Notes: generated from the sequence alone by a model not told the origin. A DNA stretch of 22,338 nucleotides from Candidatus Helarchaeota ASGARD archaeon Hel_GB_B (GCA_005191425.1 SUPR01000060.1:1-22338), one strand, 5' to 3'; shown: positions 1-11,300, counted from the stretch's first letter. A program made the numbers and translations.

Positions 1-1650
1 GGTTAGGAACAGTCCTATTATTAATGTCTTTTATTTCGATTGATGTGTTAATAGCTCCACCGACTATTCCAGTAAGGTTTTGTGCTATTGGAATTACCTC
101 AATTGGAATTTTTAAAATGTGAATTATTAAATTGTTAGTTGCGTTGACATAATCAACTGCAGTCCCATAAATTGGAATAGTAATATTTGCTGGTACTTGG
201 CCCTCTAAATTGATTATTCCTTGATAATAGCCAGTGGTACCATTTTTAGCCATTACTTGTCGGGAACCATTGAAATCAAAATAAATAGTCCCGTCTACCC
301 CTAAATTATTATGAGTGTCATTAAAATAAACGGAAAAAATTATTGTATCATCAATATAACCAGTAATTTCAGGCGTATTTAGGACTAATTCTGATGGAAT
401 CCTAAGAATAGTAATTGTTATGTTTATATTTAGTTTTTCATACGATTCATTTTCAAGATGTATCTGAAGAATATGTACCCCATTTCTGGGAATTGAAAGT
501 TTACTACTATTTATCAATATTGAATAATTACCATCTGTTCTAAAAGTTACATTACAATTAATATTTGAATCCAATTTGGCAGTTACGTTAGCATTTTCAA
601 TGATTATATCGTTAGAAATATTATAATAAGTAATATTTATTTCAAATAAGTCTCCTGAATAAATATTAGCCGACCAATTCCCAAATGTTCCGTTAATCTC
701 GGATGTTATTGAATAATTAGCTGGATATCCATAAATTTGAAACGTTAATATTACAGATGCTTTATCGTAATATTCAGCGGATGCAGTAAACTTTATGGTA
801 TAATATCCTAACTTGAGATTTGTTATGTTTAAGGTAATATTATAATATCCAGAGTTGTTATTTGTTGCATATTCATATGACATCGACCAATTTGTCCAAA
901 TTGTAGCGTTGTTGATCCCACTACTATTTTCTTGATTAACATACTGAAGAATAACGTTCAAATGGTCAGACCTATTATAAACGATTTGGTCTTGATAATC
1001 TACCATGGTCAGACGCGTTGTAAAATTTAAGATTGTGAAATATATGATAAATTGTTGTGATTTGAATTTATTTGACTCAAATAATAGATTTATAGTGTAA
1101 TCTCCATTTTTAGTAAAATTATTACTATCTAATATTAGAATCGAGTTGTCATAAGAATAATTAGTATTCAAGATTAAATCACCACTATCAGCTCCCAGCG
1201 TATAAGTAGCAGTTAAATCATATCCTTGTATTTTCATATATTTTGAAAGAGACATATTGTAATAGGCATACGTGATGTTAATTGCAACTTTTTCTCCTCT
1301 TGTAATTGTTACTGCCGAATCATTAAAGAACAAACGAGAATCCAACACGATCTTTAATGTTATAACATCGTGTTTTTCTTCTACATTTTTTCTTGCAGTT
1401 GCGTTGATATAAATATGATAAACACCTTCGATTGAGGGAGATGAGATCATTGTAGTAAATTCCCATTTACTATGAAGGACTGAAGTCAATGGTTTCCACG
1501 TATTATTCCAAGAAGTTTTATATACCACGCTTGCCTCAGTCCCATTAAAATAATACGTTGTCCAACCATTATCCCAGTAAGACATGTTATAATACAAGGT
1601 CAGGTTAAACACAGTTCCTGGAGACATTTCTATTTTATTGCCAATTAAAT
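1..1650 (-). repeat. Tandem ~100-aa Ig-like beta-sandwich repeats forming the stalk of the surface protein
   Basis: A recurring pattern, G..I.I.Y....I.NA.V...G.Y.I.L....L..G.Y.I.I.A...Y, e.g. GINNATIWTN...SGYYNITLNITNLKLGYYTIKFTASAEYY and IIENANVTAKL...DGNYSILINSSKL..NGVHILQIHLENESY. The Ig-like fold is inferred. Confidence 0.55.
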
Positions 1651-4126
1651 CAGGTCTTGTAATTATCAGTGAGGTGGCATTATACATTAAAACAGTGAGG
1701 TTAATTGCACCTGCTTCGTAATTGTTATGCCATTTAAGACAAACAAAATAATATCCATTGGTAGTAGCATTTAACCGTACATTCCAAGTTATGTTTATTC
1801 CAGAATTATATCCATTTCCGTTATTAGTATAATTTAATTTTTGATTTATATCATAGACTTCAATAAAGCCTGAGCCATATCCTTCAGTTGGAGTATTAAA
1901 TGTAGAATGTACATTAATAATGTCAAACGTAGTAATGATTTCTACCGGTATATTATTTTTGTATAATTTAATTTCTTTTAACATATTTTTTCCTAATGCT
2001 TCAATTAACCACGTGCCTTCCGATGGGTCATTAACCCATAAAAATTGATGGTTACTATTGGAACTATTATGCCAGTTTGTAAAAAGTACGCTATTATTAA
2101 ACACGCCAGTTACGTTCCAGTATGTCGGAAGAGTAAAATTAATAATTTTGCCAATAGAATTTGCCGGAAATGTTGGACTAAAAGATACATTCCAGAGAAC
2201 AGTATTATTATTAGCTTCAGTCCAAAAATTTGTTTTTGCTGAAGTAAGGTTTTCTCTACTCATTGAAGCATTTACAATATATGTTAAATTGGGCCAATTT
2301 GAAGATACATTAAACTTTACATTACCATTTTTGTCTGGAATTAAATAGGTAGAATTTTGCCAACTGGCTTCATATTGATTTATCGTAGAAACAGATTGAT
2401 TGTTAATTTTTAAATTTAGTTCATTGATGTTGGGAGTATTATTTAACGGGTCTAATTTCACAATTAAGTCTAAATCCGAACTAATATTATGCCAATAAGA
2501 TAGTGAAGGATAATAGAGAAATGCGGGCCCAAATATACCTGTTGGGTCGTATTGATGAGATACCCCCAACCAGCTCATATCGACTGAACTATTAATGCCA
2601 ACAAAATAAGTATTATTATCTGTCTTGCTTGAATCTAATAATTGAGAGTTATTTAATGTACCATTCCATAGGGTACTTTTTGACAGCCACCCGATATCTC
2701 CTTGAATAAGCCCAGGACTTTTTATTCCTTCAGGGTGATATTCAGAATAAATTTTTTGATCTGGAATTGGTAATTTTCTTGATTTATTCCATGTAGCATT
2801 ATAAAGGTAAAAATAATTGCCAGTAGTATCTTGGGCAGCAAAAAAGAGAATATCAATAGCTTCTAATAAGCAACTATTTTCAATTATAAAGGGCATTAGA
2901 TAGTTATTACCATTGATAGAGTTATATTGACTGTATAACCCAAAATAATTTTCTATCACCTTTTGATAACTATAAGCAGTAAAATTATAGAGTATCATTT
3001 CTGTATTTGTAATATTTTCGTTGCTATGGATTACAATTTTTGTTTGATTTCCCGTTGTAGTAACATTTTCTCTGAAACTAACTTTAACAGGAATTTCACC
3101 GCCATTACTATAATAAACAGTGTGGACGCCATTTGGGACAGTATAAATAGTGTAATTGACATAATATACAATATTTGACCAAGAAGTTGATGCATTATAA
3201 AATACTTTATTTCCAATTGGTCTTAAAATTGTATTATTTACCCATATTCCAGCATTTGTCCCATTGACTACTTTATTAATAACTTTTTGATAATGCCATT
3301 CATTATTATAGAACGAACCGAATTTTAAATTTACACCTTCAGGAGATGGATTCTGGGAGAGCGGATACAATGTTAAATTCAAGGCTAGATCACAGCTTTT
3401 TAATAACCAAATATTCCCCGATTTTAAATATGCCAGACCTGAATCAACACTATTAGAATCAGATTGATATGCCCATTCAGGAGGATCAAAAAGTCCATAT
3501 TTTGTCCCATTAAAAGTAACGAAAAACGTGGAGTTATAAGTTTCTGCAGTCCTTAAAATCATTGTTTTATTAAACATAAATTTTAACCAAGTTAAAGTCC
3601 CAGCTACGTTTCTCGAAATATTTCTACTCATATTTCCAATTATAACATCGGGTATTATATCAGTTCCATTCCATGTAGAATTCCAAACAGAAATTTTAGC
3701 AATTTCCAATGACCGCTTGAATGCCACATATAAGTATCCTAAATACGAATCGTTTGTAATAGTAAATTGCATTGCATAAATATTTGAATCAACTTGATAA
3801 TCATCGGAATATTGCGGATTATCTTCAATTATAAGGCTAATATTTCCAGCAGAAATATTATATATAGTCAGATTAGTAGACGTAATGATTTGGCCATTTG
3901 AATCTATATAAAAACCAGTATTATTCCCAATTATCATATTCCCTTTAACTTTATCTCCAAAAGTATTGTTTTTAATTAATATCGGAGAGGATGATTGTAA
4001 ATAATTAAAATTTGAGTTGCTTCCAATCAAGGGTGAAAATAAAAATACTAAACTAGAACTAATAATTGATATAATAATCATTAACGAAAAAACTTTATTT
4101 TTAAAATTATTAAAAAGATTTGTCAT
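1..4126 (-). CDS. Large secreted/surface glycoprotein (S-layer/adhesin-like), >1375 aa, 3'-truncated by the window edge
   Basis: Manual translation from ATG at 4126: MTNLFNNFKNKVFSLMIISIISSSLVFLFSPLIGSNSNF... (basic N-region plus hydrophobic stretch, a signal peptide/anchor). The frame was read stop-free from 4126 to ~420 and again over positions 1-60. The ORF track lists no terminated ORF in this frame, consistent with it running off the edge. It has dense N-x-S/T sequons (13 in the first ~215 aa) and a beta-rich N/T/Y/I composition. Confidence 0.9.
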   Translation of the reverse strand, partial: MTNLFNNFKNKVFSLMIIISIISSSLVFLFSPLIGSNSNFNYLQSSSPILIKNNTFGDKVKGNMIIGNNTGFYIDSNGQIITSTNLTIYNISAGNISLIIEDNPQYSDDYQVDSNIYAMQFTITNDSYLGYLYVAFKRSLEIAKISVWNSTWNGTDIIPDVIIGNMSRNISRNVAGTLTWLKFMFNKTMILRTAETYNSTFFVTFNGTKYGLFDPPEWAYQSDSNSVDSGLAYLKSGNIWLLKSCDLALNLTLYPLSQNPSPEGVNLKFGSFYNNEWHYQKVINKVVNGTNAGIWVNNTILRPIGNKVFYNASTSWSNIVYYVNYTIYTVPNGVHTVYYSNGGEIPVKVSFRENVTTTGNQTKIVIHSNENITNTEMILYNFTAYSYQKVIENYFGLYSQYNSINGNNYLMPFIIENSCLLEAIDILFFAAQDTTGNYFYLYNATWNKSRKLPIPDQKIYSEYHPEGIKSPGLIQGDIGWLSKSTLWNGTLNNSQLLDSSKTDNNTYFVGINSSVDMSWLGVSHQYDPTGIFGPAFLYYPSLSYWHNISSDLDLIVKLDPLNNTPNINELNLKINNQSVSTINQYEASWQNSTYLIPDKNGNVKFNVSSNWPNLTYIVNASMSRENLTSAKTNFWTEANNNTVLWNVSFSPTFPANSIGKIINFTLPTYWNVTGVFNNSVLFTNWHNSSNSNHQFLWVNDPSEGTWLIEALGKNMLKEIKLYKNNIPVEIITTFDIINVHSTFNTPTEGYGSGFIEVYDINQKLNYTNNGNGYNSGINITWNVRLNATTNGYYFVCLKWHNNYEAGAINLTVLMYNATSLIITRPDLIGNKIEMSPGTVFNLTLYYNMSYWDNGWTTYYFNGTEASVVYKTSWNNTWKPLTSVLHSKWEFTTMISSPSIEGVYHIYINATARKNVEEKHDVITLKIVLDSRLFFNDSAVTITRGEKVAINITYAYYNMSLSKYMKIQGYDLTATYTLGADSGDLILNTNYSYDNSILILDSNNFTKNGDYTINLLFESNKFKSQQFIIYFTILNFTTRLTMVDYQDQIVYNRSDHLNVILQYVNQENSSGINNATIWTNWSMSYEYATNNNSGYYNITLNITNLKLGYYTIKFTASAEYYDKASVILTFQIYGYPANYSITSEINGTFGNWSANIYSGDLFEINITYYNISNDIIIENANVTAKLDSNINCNVTFRTDGNYSILINSSKLSIPRNGVHILQIHLENESYEKLNINITITILRIPSELVLNTPEITGYIDDTIIFSVYFNDTHNNLGVDGTIYFDFNGSRQVMAKNGTTGYYQGIINLEGQVPANITIPIYGTAVDYVNATNNLIIHILKIPIEVIPIAQNLTGIVGGAINTSIEIKDINNRTVPN
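2265..3785 (-). repeat. Two diverged tandem copies of an N-terminal module (period ~290 aa) within the surface protein: copy 1 ~3785-3135, copy 2 ~2905-2265
   Basis: Colinear motif pairs: YAMQFTITNDSYL/YLMPFIIENSCLL; VWNSTWN...IPD/LYNATWN...IPD; TYNSTFFVTFN/TDNNTYFVGIN; DLALNLTLYPL..NP....NLK/DLDLIVKLDPL..TP....NLK; FYNASTSWSNIVYYVN/KFNVSSNWPNLTYIVN. Confidence 0.7.
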
Positions 4127-4460
4127 TGTATTCCATCTCTTTATCTATATTTTATCATTTATTTCAATTATTGACACATAAGATTTTTATTGATATAATA
4201 GATCAATTAAATAATTAATTATTAAGCAAAATTTTGCAATATCAATTTTTTTGAAAATTTGAAATCATTTTGGTATTTTTATTATTTATCTTTTACAATT
4301 TGAATAGGTTTTGGTCTTTATATATTTTAACTCATACATATTATCAAAGTAAATAGAAAAGTAAATTATGAATTTTTAAATTTTATGAATATTATTTTTT
4401 CATATAAAATTTAATACAAAATGAAATTTAAAATAAAAAACTCAAATATAGAAATAAAAA

Positions 4461-6023
4461 ATGAAAATTCAAGAAATTAATGTAATTAAAAAGGTAAATT
4501 TTAAGTCTAAGTATATAAAATTTGCATTATGTTATCCAAATATTTATAGAGCAGGTATTTCAAATTATGCAATTCAATTGATTTATCGATTGATCAATCA
4601 AGATAAGAATTTTAAATGTGAAAGGTTTTTTTTCGAAAAAAATAAAGAACCATTATCTGTTGAAAGCCAAACTCCTTTAAGGGAGTTTGATGTAATTGGT
4701 TTTACACTTCAATTTGAATTGGACTATTTAAATATAATAAATATGTTAAATAACGCAAAAATTCCTATTTTATCAGAAAATAGAAAAAGACCACTTTTAA
4801 TTGCAGGTGGTCCTTGTGCTTTAGAAAACCCAATTCCTTTAAAGAATATTTTTGATCTTTTTATTTTAGGAAACATTGAACCAATTTTTGATGACCTTAT
4901 TCAGTTTATAGAAGATTATTTAAGATCAAATTTAAAGCCAAAATCAAAATATGATAATATTGACGGCTTTTATTTTCCACTAAAAAATAAGCAAATAGTA
5001 AAAAAAACTACAATAAAAGATTTAAATTCTTCTTTTCATGCTATTCAACAAGTAATACCAATAAATTATAAAGAGAATAAAAATTTAGGACTGGGAAAAT
5101 CTATATTAATTGAATGTACTCGAGGTTGTAAAGGAAAATGCAACTTTTGTTTAATAGGATGGCAAAATAATCCATATAGAGAACGGTCGTTCCCTAGACT
5201 TAAAGAAATTATAGATGAATGCATTAGTGTTAATCCGATTAAAAAAATTTCATTAATTGGATCTGGAATTTCATATCATTCTAAATTGAAGGATATTGTG
5301 TGGTATATAGCAAATTTAGGTTTAAATTTATCAATCCCATCTCTTAGAGCAGATAAATTTGATGAAGAACTGGCAGAAGCTCTATATAAAGCAAATTTAA
5401 AACAGATCACTTTTGCTCCAGAAACGGGGTCTGAGAGATTGAGAAAATTGATAAATAAGAACATTAAAGATGAAGATATTTTACAATCGATACAAAATGC
5501 ACTGAATTATGGAATTAATAAATTTAAATTATATTTTATGATTGATTTACCAACTGAAAATAACGAAGATCTAGTAGCTATTTGTAATTTAATAGATAAT
5601 ATTATTAAAGAAGGCGTTAGATATAGAGATTTATCGATTTCTATTAATAATTTTATTCCCAAGCCACATACACCATTTCAATGGTTTGAGATCTCTAATT
5701 TAGAGATTAGACGAAATAAAATAAAATTTCTAGAAAAAGAAATTAGAAAAAAAAGGAAAATAAAAGTTTCTTTTTCAGATCCGAAATGGGGACAAATTCA
5801 AACATTATTTTCAAGAGGTGATGAAAAAACAGGATATTTATTATATAAAACGAAGGGATATGGTTCAAATTTAGGAGCAATTCGTAGAATTATGAGTGAA
5901 ATGCAGACATCAATAAATGATTTTAATAAAAAATTAAATATAAATGAAGAATTGCCATGGAATTTTATTGACGTTGGTATAAATAAAAAGATATTAACCA
6001 AAATTTGGAATAAAATATTTTAA
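4461..6023 (+). CDS. Radical SAM protein with N-terminal B12-binding-like domain (TIGR03960/YgiQ-like group)
   Basis: 520 aa. It has the CX3CX2C motif in ECTRGCKGKCNFC, N-terminal ALCYPNIYRAGISN / FDVIGFTLQFELDY / IAGGPCALENP, then SLRAD, TFAPETGSERLR, KLYFMIDLPTE and FIPKPHTPFQW, all typical of this family. Confidence 0.88.
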   Translation: MKIQEINVIKKVNFKSKYIKFALCYPNIYRAGISNYAIQLIYRLINQDKNFKCERFFFEKNKEPLSVESQTPLREFDVIGFTLQFELDYLNIINMLNNAKIPILSENRKRPLLIAGGPCALENPIPLKNIFDLFILGNIEPIFDDLIQFIEDYLRSNLKPKSKYDNIDGFYFPLKNKQIVKKTTIKDLNSSFHAIQQVIPINYKENKNLGLGKSILIECTRGCKGKCNFCLIGWQNNPYRERSFPRLKEIIDECISVNPIKKISLIGSGISYHSKLKDIVWYIANLGLNLSIPSLRADKFDEELAEALYKANLKQITFAPETGSERLRKLINKNIKDEDILQSIQNALNYGINKFKLYFMIDLPTENNEDLVAICNLIDNIIKEGVRYRDLSISINNFIPKPHTPFQWFEISNLEIRRNKIKFLEKEIRKKRKIKVSFSDPKWGQIQTLFSRGDEKTGYLLYKTKGYGSNLGAIRRIMSEMQTSINDFNKKLNINEELPWNFIDVGINKKILTKIWNKIF

Positions 6024-6084
6024 TCATTGTAATTAAATTAAAGATTGACTGTTATAGTCCATAGACTATTCATTTTTTAGACTT

Positions 6085-7992
6085 TTAAAAAATGTGAAGT
6101 TTCTTGTCTGGAAAATTGCCAACTTGTTTTAAAAAATTACTTGTTTCAGGATAAAAACTTAAATCAGCATATGGTAAATAATTTGAATTTAAATATACTT
6201 TTTGAAAATCTGGATGTGCCCCAAGTTCAATATATTCTACTTTTTTGGAAATTTTTTCAATAATATTACGCATTTCTTTAGAGACAAGGCACATCCGAGC
6301 ACCAGTTCCGGCGGCATTTCCCACAGTTTTTATTTTAGAAGTGGGAATTTCTGGAAACATACCAATAAATCGGGCATTTTCAATATTGATATGAGTGCCA
6401 AATGCACCAGCTATAAATAATTTATCAATATCACTTTCATCAATACCAAATTCTTGAAGTAAAATGGTCGTTCCTGTATGTATTGCTGCCTTTGCAAGTG
6501 AAATTTCTCGAATATCTTTTTGAGTAATTACAATATCTTTATTAAATGCTGTATTTTTGGCCCATACTAAAACATATTCATAATATTTTTCTCCTTTTCT
6601 AAGCCGTGGTGAATCTAAGTTATAATTCATTTTTCCTTTTACATCAATTATTTTAGATTTTAGCATTTCAGCCGGGATATCAACAATTGCAGAGCCACAA
6701 ATACCTCTTGGTTTTACATGGTCAATGGTTTCAATTTCTGGGTCAAGAGTTTTGGGGTCGATTTTAATTTTTTCAATTGCACCACTTGATGCTCGCATTC
6801 CAAATTGAATATGAGCGCCTTCAAATGCAGGGCCCGAAGCACATGAAGTAGTTAATATCCTGTCCTTATTACCCAAGATTACTTCAGTATTGGTCCCGAT
6901 ATCCAATGCCATACATATTTCATCTTTTTTATAAATTTCAGTGGACAATAAGACGCCCATTGTATCTGCGCCAACATATCCTGAAATTACGGGTAATGTG
7001 TAAATCCGACCGAATTCATTCATTTTAATTTTTAAATATTCATTTTTTACACTTATACCTCGTGAAATCACCGGAATATAAGGGGATACTCCTATTTGCT
7101 TAGCCTTTATTCCTAAAAATAGATGGTGCATAGAAGTATTGCCAACAGCTACTAATTCATATACATTTTGGGGGTTTATATTAGCTTTTTCACAAATTTC
7201 TTCAAAAATTTTATTCAATCCATCTATTACGGCAGATTGTAATTTGTTTGGCTCTTTATAACCAATTCTTGAAATAACATCTTCTCCAAATGGAATTTGA
7301 GGGTTCATTAATGACCCAACTGCTAAAACTTCGCCATTACGTAAATCAAGTAAATATCCAGCTAATTTAGTAGTACCTATATCTGTTGCATATCCATATA
7401 TTTTGTTTGTCGTATCACCCTCTTCAATTGATATTATTTCCTCATTATCCCAGATGCAAACCGTAAAATTCCAGTTATAGCTCCTGATTAATTCACCCAA
7501 ATTTTTTAAAAGATTCAAATTGATTCTTAAATTTAAGATGTCAAATTTTGATTTTAATGCTTGTTTTATTCTATCGAAGTCAGAAGTTTGGTCTATTAGT
7601 GTAGGCTTTTCGAGTTTAATATAATATTTTTTAATTACAGGATCGAGTTTAACTTTTGTTTTAATTCCTTCTACTTGTAATCTTTGTTTACCAGTCCTAC
7701 TTTCTTCAGGGATTCTTATTATTAAGTTATCGTGGATTTTTACTCTGCATGCAAGGCGATAATTTTCGTCAATTTCATGTTCAGAGATAAATTTAAGTTC
7801 AGTATCATCTAATTGTTGCTTTAATTCCCCTTTTTCAATAATAACCTTACATTTTCCACAAATACCCTTACCACCACAGATAGAAACCAAATCAATACCT
7901 GCCTCTTTTGATGCATCAAGAATTGTAGTATCTTCTTCGACCTTTATTCTTTTTCCATCCGGTTGGAATATAATTTCAAATTTTTTTGCCAT
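6085..7992 (-). CDS. ASKHA-type ATPase with N-terminal 2Fe-2S ferredoxin: reductive activator of corrinoid proteins (RACo/AcsV/DUF4445 family)
   Basis: 635 aa. 2Fe-2S motif CGGKGICGKC...RLAC; ASKHA motifs DIGTT and DIGTNTE; GNTSMHHLFLG, CASGPAFEG, GICGS, FIAGAFG, GNAAGTGA. A GGAAGG site lies upstream of the ATG. Confidence 0.9.
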   Translation of the reverse strand: MAKKFEIIFQPDGKRIKVEEDTTILDASKEAGIDLVSICGGKGICGKCKVIIEKGELKQQLDDTELKFISEHEIDENYRLACRVKIHDNLIIRIPEESRTGKQRLQVEGIKTKVKLDPVIKKYYIKLEKPTLIDQTSDFDRIKQALKSKFDILNLRINLNLLKNLGELIRSYNWNFTVCIWDNEEIISIEEGDTTNKIYGYATDIGTTKLAGYLLDLRNGEVLAVGSLMNPQIPFGEDVISRIGYKEPNKLQSAVIDGLNKIFEEICEKANINPQNVYELVAVGNTSMHHLFLGIKAKQIGVSPYIPVISRGISVKNEYLKIKMNEFGRIYTLPVISGYVGADTMGVLLSTEIYKKDEICMALDIGTNTEVILGNKDRILTTSCASGPAFEGAHIQFGMRASSGAIEKIKIDPKTLDPEIETIDHVKPRGICGSAIVDIPAEMLKSKIIDVKGKMNYNLDSPRLRKGEKYYEYVLVWAKNTAFNKDIVITQKDIREISLAKAAIHTGTTILLQEFGIDESDIDKLFIAGAFGTHINIENARFIGMFPEIPTSKIKTVGNAAGTGARMCLVSKEMRNIIEKISKKVEYIELGAHPDFQKVYLNSNYLPYADLSFYPETSNFLKQVGNFPDKKLHIF

Positions 7993-8331
7993 AAAAAACC
8001 TTCCGATGATAGAATTTTAATTGCAACTATTTAATATAATAAATGATATTGGTTTATCTAAATGTAAAACTTTTAGATATTTTACAACATTAATTAAATT
8101 ACTTTTTTATTATATAATATAATTTCTTATATTTTTAATACCAATTATTGTAAATTTCTTGATTAATTTTAATTAAAATGAATACTTTTAATATTCATTG
8201 TTATTTTTGCATTGATTTTTTTTCTTAAATAATTTTTTTGAAGGGCTGATTAGTAAATTAATTTATAATATTTTTTATTTCTATATCAATCTAAAATAAT
8301 TTTTTAATTTACTATATAAAAAATATGAAAT

Positions 8332-11300
8332 CTATTTTATTTTGTTCCATCCATACGTAAAATCTAATCTTTGCCATAGTTCGTTAAGTGATAAAATAGA
8401 TAATTCATTAGTCCGAGCGAATTCTAAGGCATCGACCATTGCTTTTGCTAATTGTAAATTTGTTATTACTGGAATATTATATTCTACAGCTTTTCTTCTA
8501 ATATCATATTCATCTTTCAGCATTGCTTTATATTTTTCAAGGACGCGTGCAATAGGAATATTGATAATTAAATCAATTTTACGTTTCAATAAATAGTCTT
8601 TAATATTAGGTTTTCGTTGAGGTTCGCTAATTTTATATAGAGTTGTCACTTCGAACCCTTTATTTTTAATTGCAATAGCAGTATCTTCAGTTGCATAAAT
8701 TTTATAATTCAATTTAGTTAGTTTTTCAACAAGGGGGATGATTTTTTGTTTTAATTCATAGCCCCCAACAGTAATAAATACATTTCCTCCATCAAGAGGG
8801 ACTTTAATTTCAGCAGAAATCAAGGCTTTAATAAGAGCTTCGAGAAAAGTATTACCATAAGATGCAACTTCGCCGGTTGAGAGCATTTCAACTCCTAAAA
8901 TTGGATCGGCGCCCTCGAGCCGCATAAATGAAAATTGAGGTACTTTAACACCAAAATAATCAACAGGATTTATATCAGGTAATTTAAGATCTTTAAGTTT
9001 CTTACCTAACATAATTGGAGCTGCTACTTCCATTAAATTTATCCCGCTGGTTTTACTTACAAATGGCATAGACCTTGATGTTCTTAAATTACATTCTATA
9101 ACAAATACTTCTTCATTCTTTACAATATATTGAATATTGAAAGGACCAACAATTTGAAGTGATCTAGCAATTTTTTTGGAATATTTTTTGATCTCATCAA
9201 TAACTTCTTTAGAAATAGAGATTGGTGGAATAGACATAGTAGCATCACCACTGTGTACCCCGGCATTTTCGACATGTTCTATGATGGCGCCAATTAAGAC
9301 GTCCGTACCGTCTGAAACGCCATCAACTTCTACTTCTCTTGCATCTTCAATATATTTACTAATAATCACGGGATGTTCGGGGGAGACATTTGTAGCTAGA
9401 AGTAAATATTCCTCAAGTTGGTTTTTTGCATAAGCAACTCGCATAGCTGCACCAGACAATACATATGAAGGACGTACAAGTACAGGATAACCTACTTTTT
9501 TAGCAAATTTTTTTGCATGTTCTAAATCAGAAAGGCTACTCCAATCTGGTTGACCAATTTTTTCTAGGTCAAGTACTTTACTAAATTTTACCCTATTTTC
9601 TGCTCTATCGATATTTTTTCCCAATGTACCAATAATTTTTACATTACCAATTCTTAATATCTCTCGTGCCATTGTTATTTTAGGAGCTATATTATTGCTG
9701 ACTTGCCCACCAACTGAAACAACTATTCCATAAGGTTTTTCTATATCACAGATGTCTAAAACTCTTTCAAAATTTATTTCTTCAAAGTAAAGCTTGTCAG
9801 ATATATCATAATCAGTTGAAACAGTTTCAGGATTATAATTGACCATTGCGACTTCGTCAATTCCTTGATTTTTTAGTGCCCAAACGATATTTACAGCGCC
9901 CCAATCAAATTCAACGCTAGAACCAATCCTATAAACACCGGAACCCAATACAATAATTTTTTTGCGCATAAAATCGTGTTTAAACTCCAAGTCATGAGTA
10001 TTGCCACCATAAGTTAAATAAAGATAATTTGTAGTAGCTGGCCATTCAGCTGCAAGTGTATCTATTTGTTTGATTACTGGTGTAATATTTAAACGAGTAC
10101 GAAGTCGACGTACTGCGAATTCATCAGTATTCCATAATTTTGCAATCTGTAAATCAGAAAAGCCGTATTTTTTTGCTTCTTTTATTAATTCTTTTAATTT
10201 CATTTGTTTAGAATCATCATGAATACTATCGTTGTAAGAAGAAAACAATTTATTTTTCTTGAGCTTTTTCTCAATTTCTGAAATATGGAGTAATTTATAT
10301 AAAAACCACTTATCAATCCCGGTTAATTGATAGATCTCATCGACAGAAATATTGTGTCGTAATGCACTCATTAAGACAAAAATTCGCTCATCTGTAGGGT
10401 TTTTAAGAAGAGTCTTAATTTTATCATCTGAATAATCATCAAAATTATTAGAATTACCACTTAGACCAATTTTTCCAATTTCGAGCATTCGGATAGCTTT
10501 TTGAATTGATTCTTCAAAGTTTCTACCGATTGCCATAACTTCTCCTACAGATTTCATTTGACTCCCTATTCGACGGTCAACAGATCCAGAGAATTTTTGA
10601 AGGTCCCATCTTGGAATTTTAGTAACTAAATAATCAAGTGCAGGCTCAAAACAAGCGGTAGTTATTCCAGTTACTTTATTACTTAATTCTGGAAGTGTAT
10701 ATCCCAATGCTAATTTTGCAGCAACATAAGCTAAGGGATAACCTGTAGCTTTTGAAGCTAGTGCACTTGACCTTGAGAGTCTAGCGTTAACTTCAATTGC
10801 CTTAAATTGTTCAGAGCGAGCATGAAGTCCATATTGAATATTACATTCGCCAACAATTCCTAATTCCCTAATAACACTAATTGATGCACTACGGAGGATA
10901 TGATATTCTCTATTCGTAAGAGTCTGACTAGGAGCTATAACAATAGATTCACCAGTATGAATTCCCATTGGATCGAAATTCTCCATGTTACAGACAGTTA
11001 TACAATTGTTTTGAGAATCTCTAACAACTTCGTATTCCACTTCTTTCCAGTTAGGTACATCTAAATACTCCTCAATTAATATCTGGTTAATCATACTTTG
11101 AGCTAATCCTCTACTAGCTATTTCTCTTAATTGGTCTTCATTTCTAGCTATGCCAGATCCTCGACCACCTAATGTATAGCCCACTCTAACAATTATTGGA
11201 TATCCAATATCATTCGCTATTTTCAGAGCATCATGTAAGTTATTAGCTATTTTACTTTTTGCAATTTCTATACCACACCTAAACATAGCTTGTCTAAACA

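Noticed and set aside
2045-3216. Track ORFs 2045..2242, 2058..2348, 2963..3178 (+) and 3031..3216 (-)
   Set aside because: They are antisense or alternate-frame shadows of the long surface-protein gene and have no motifs.
4210-4237. Adjacent perfect palindromes AATAATTAATTATT and GCAAAATTTTGC upstream of the surface-protein gene
   Set aside because: They could be operator sites, but such palindromes arise readily in extremely AT-rich intergenic DNA and I found no second copy in the window.
6054-6069. Hairpin ATAGTC-CATA-GACTAT between the convergent radical SAM and RACo genes
   Set aside because: A 6-bp AT-rich stem is too weak to call a terminator.
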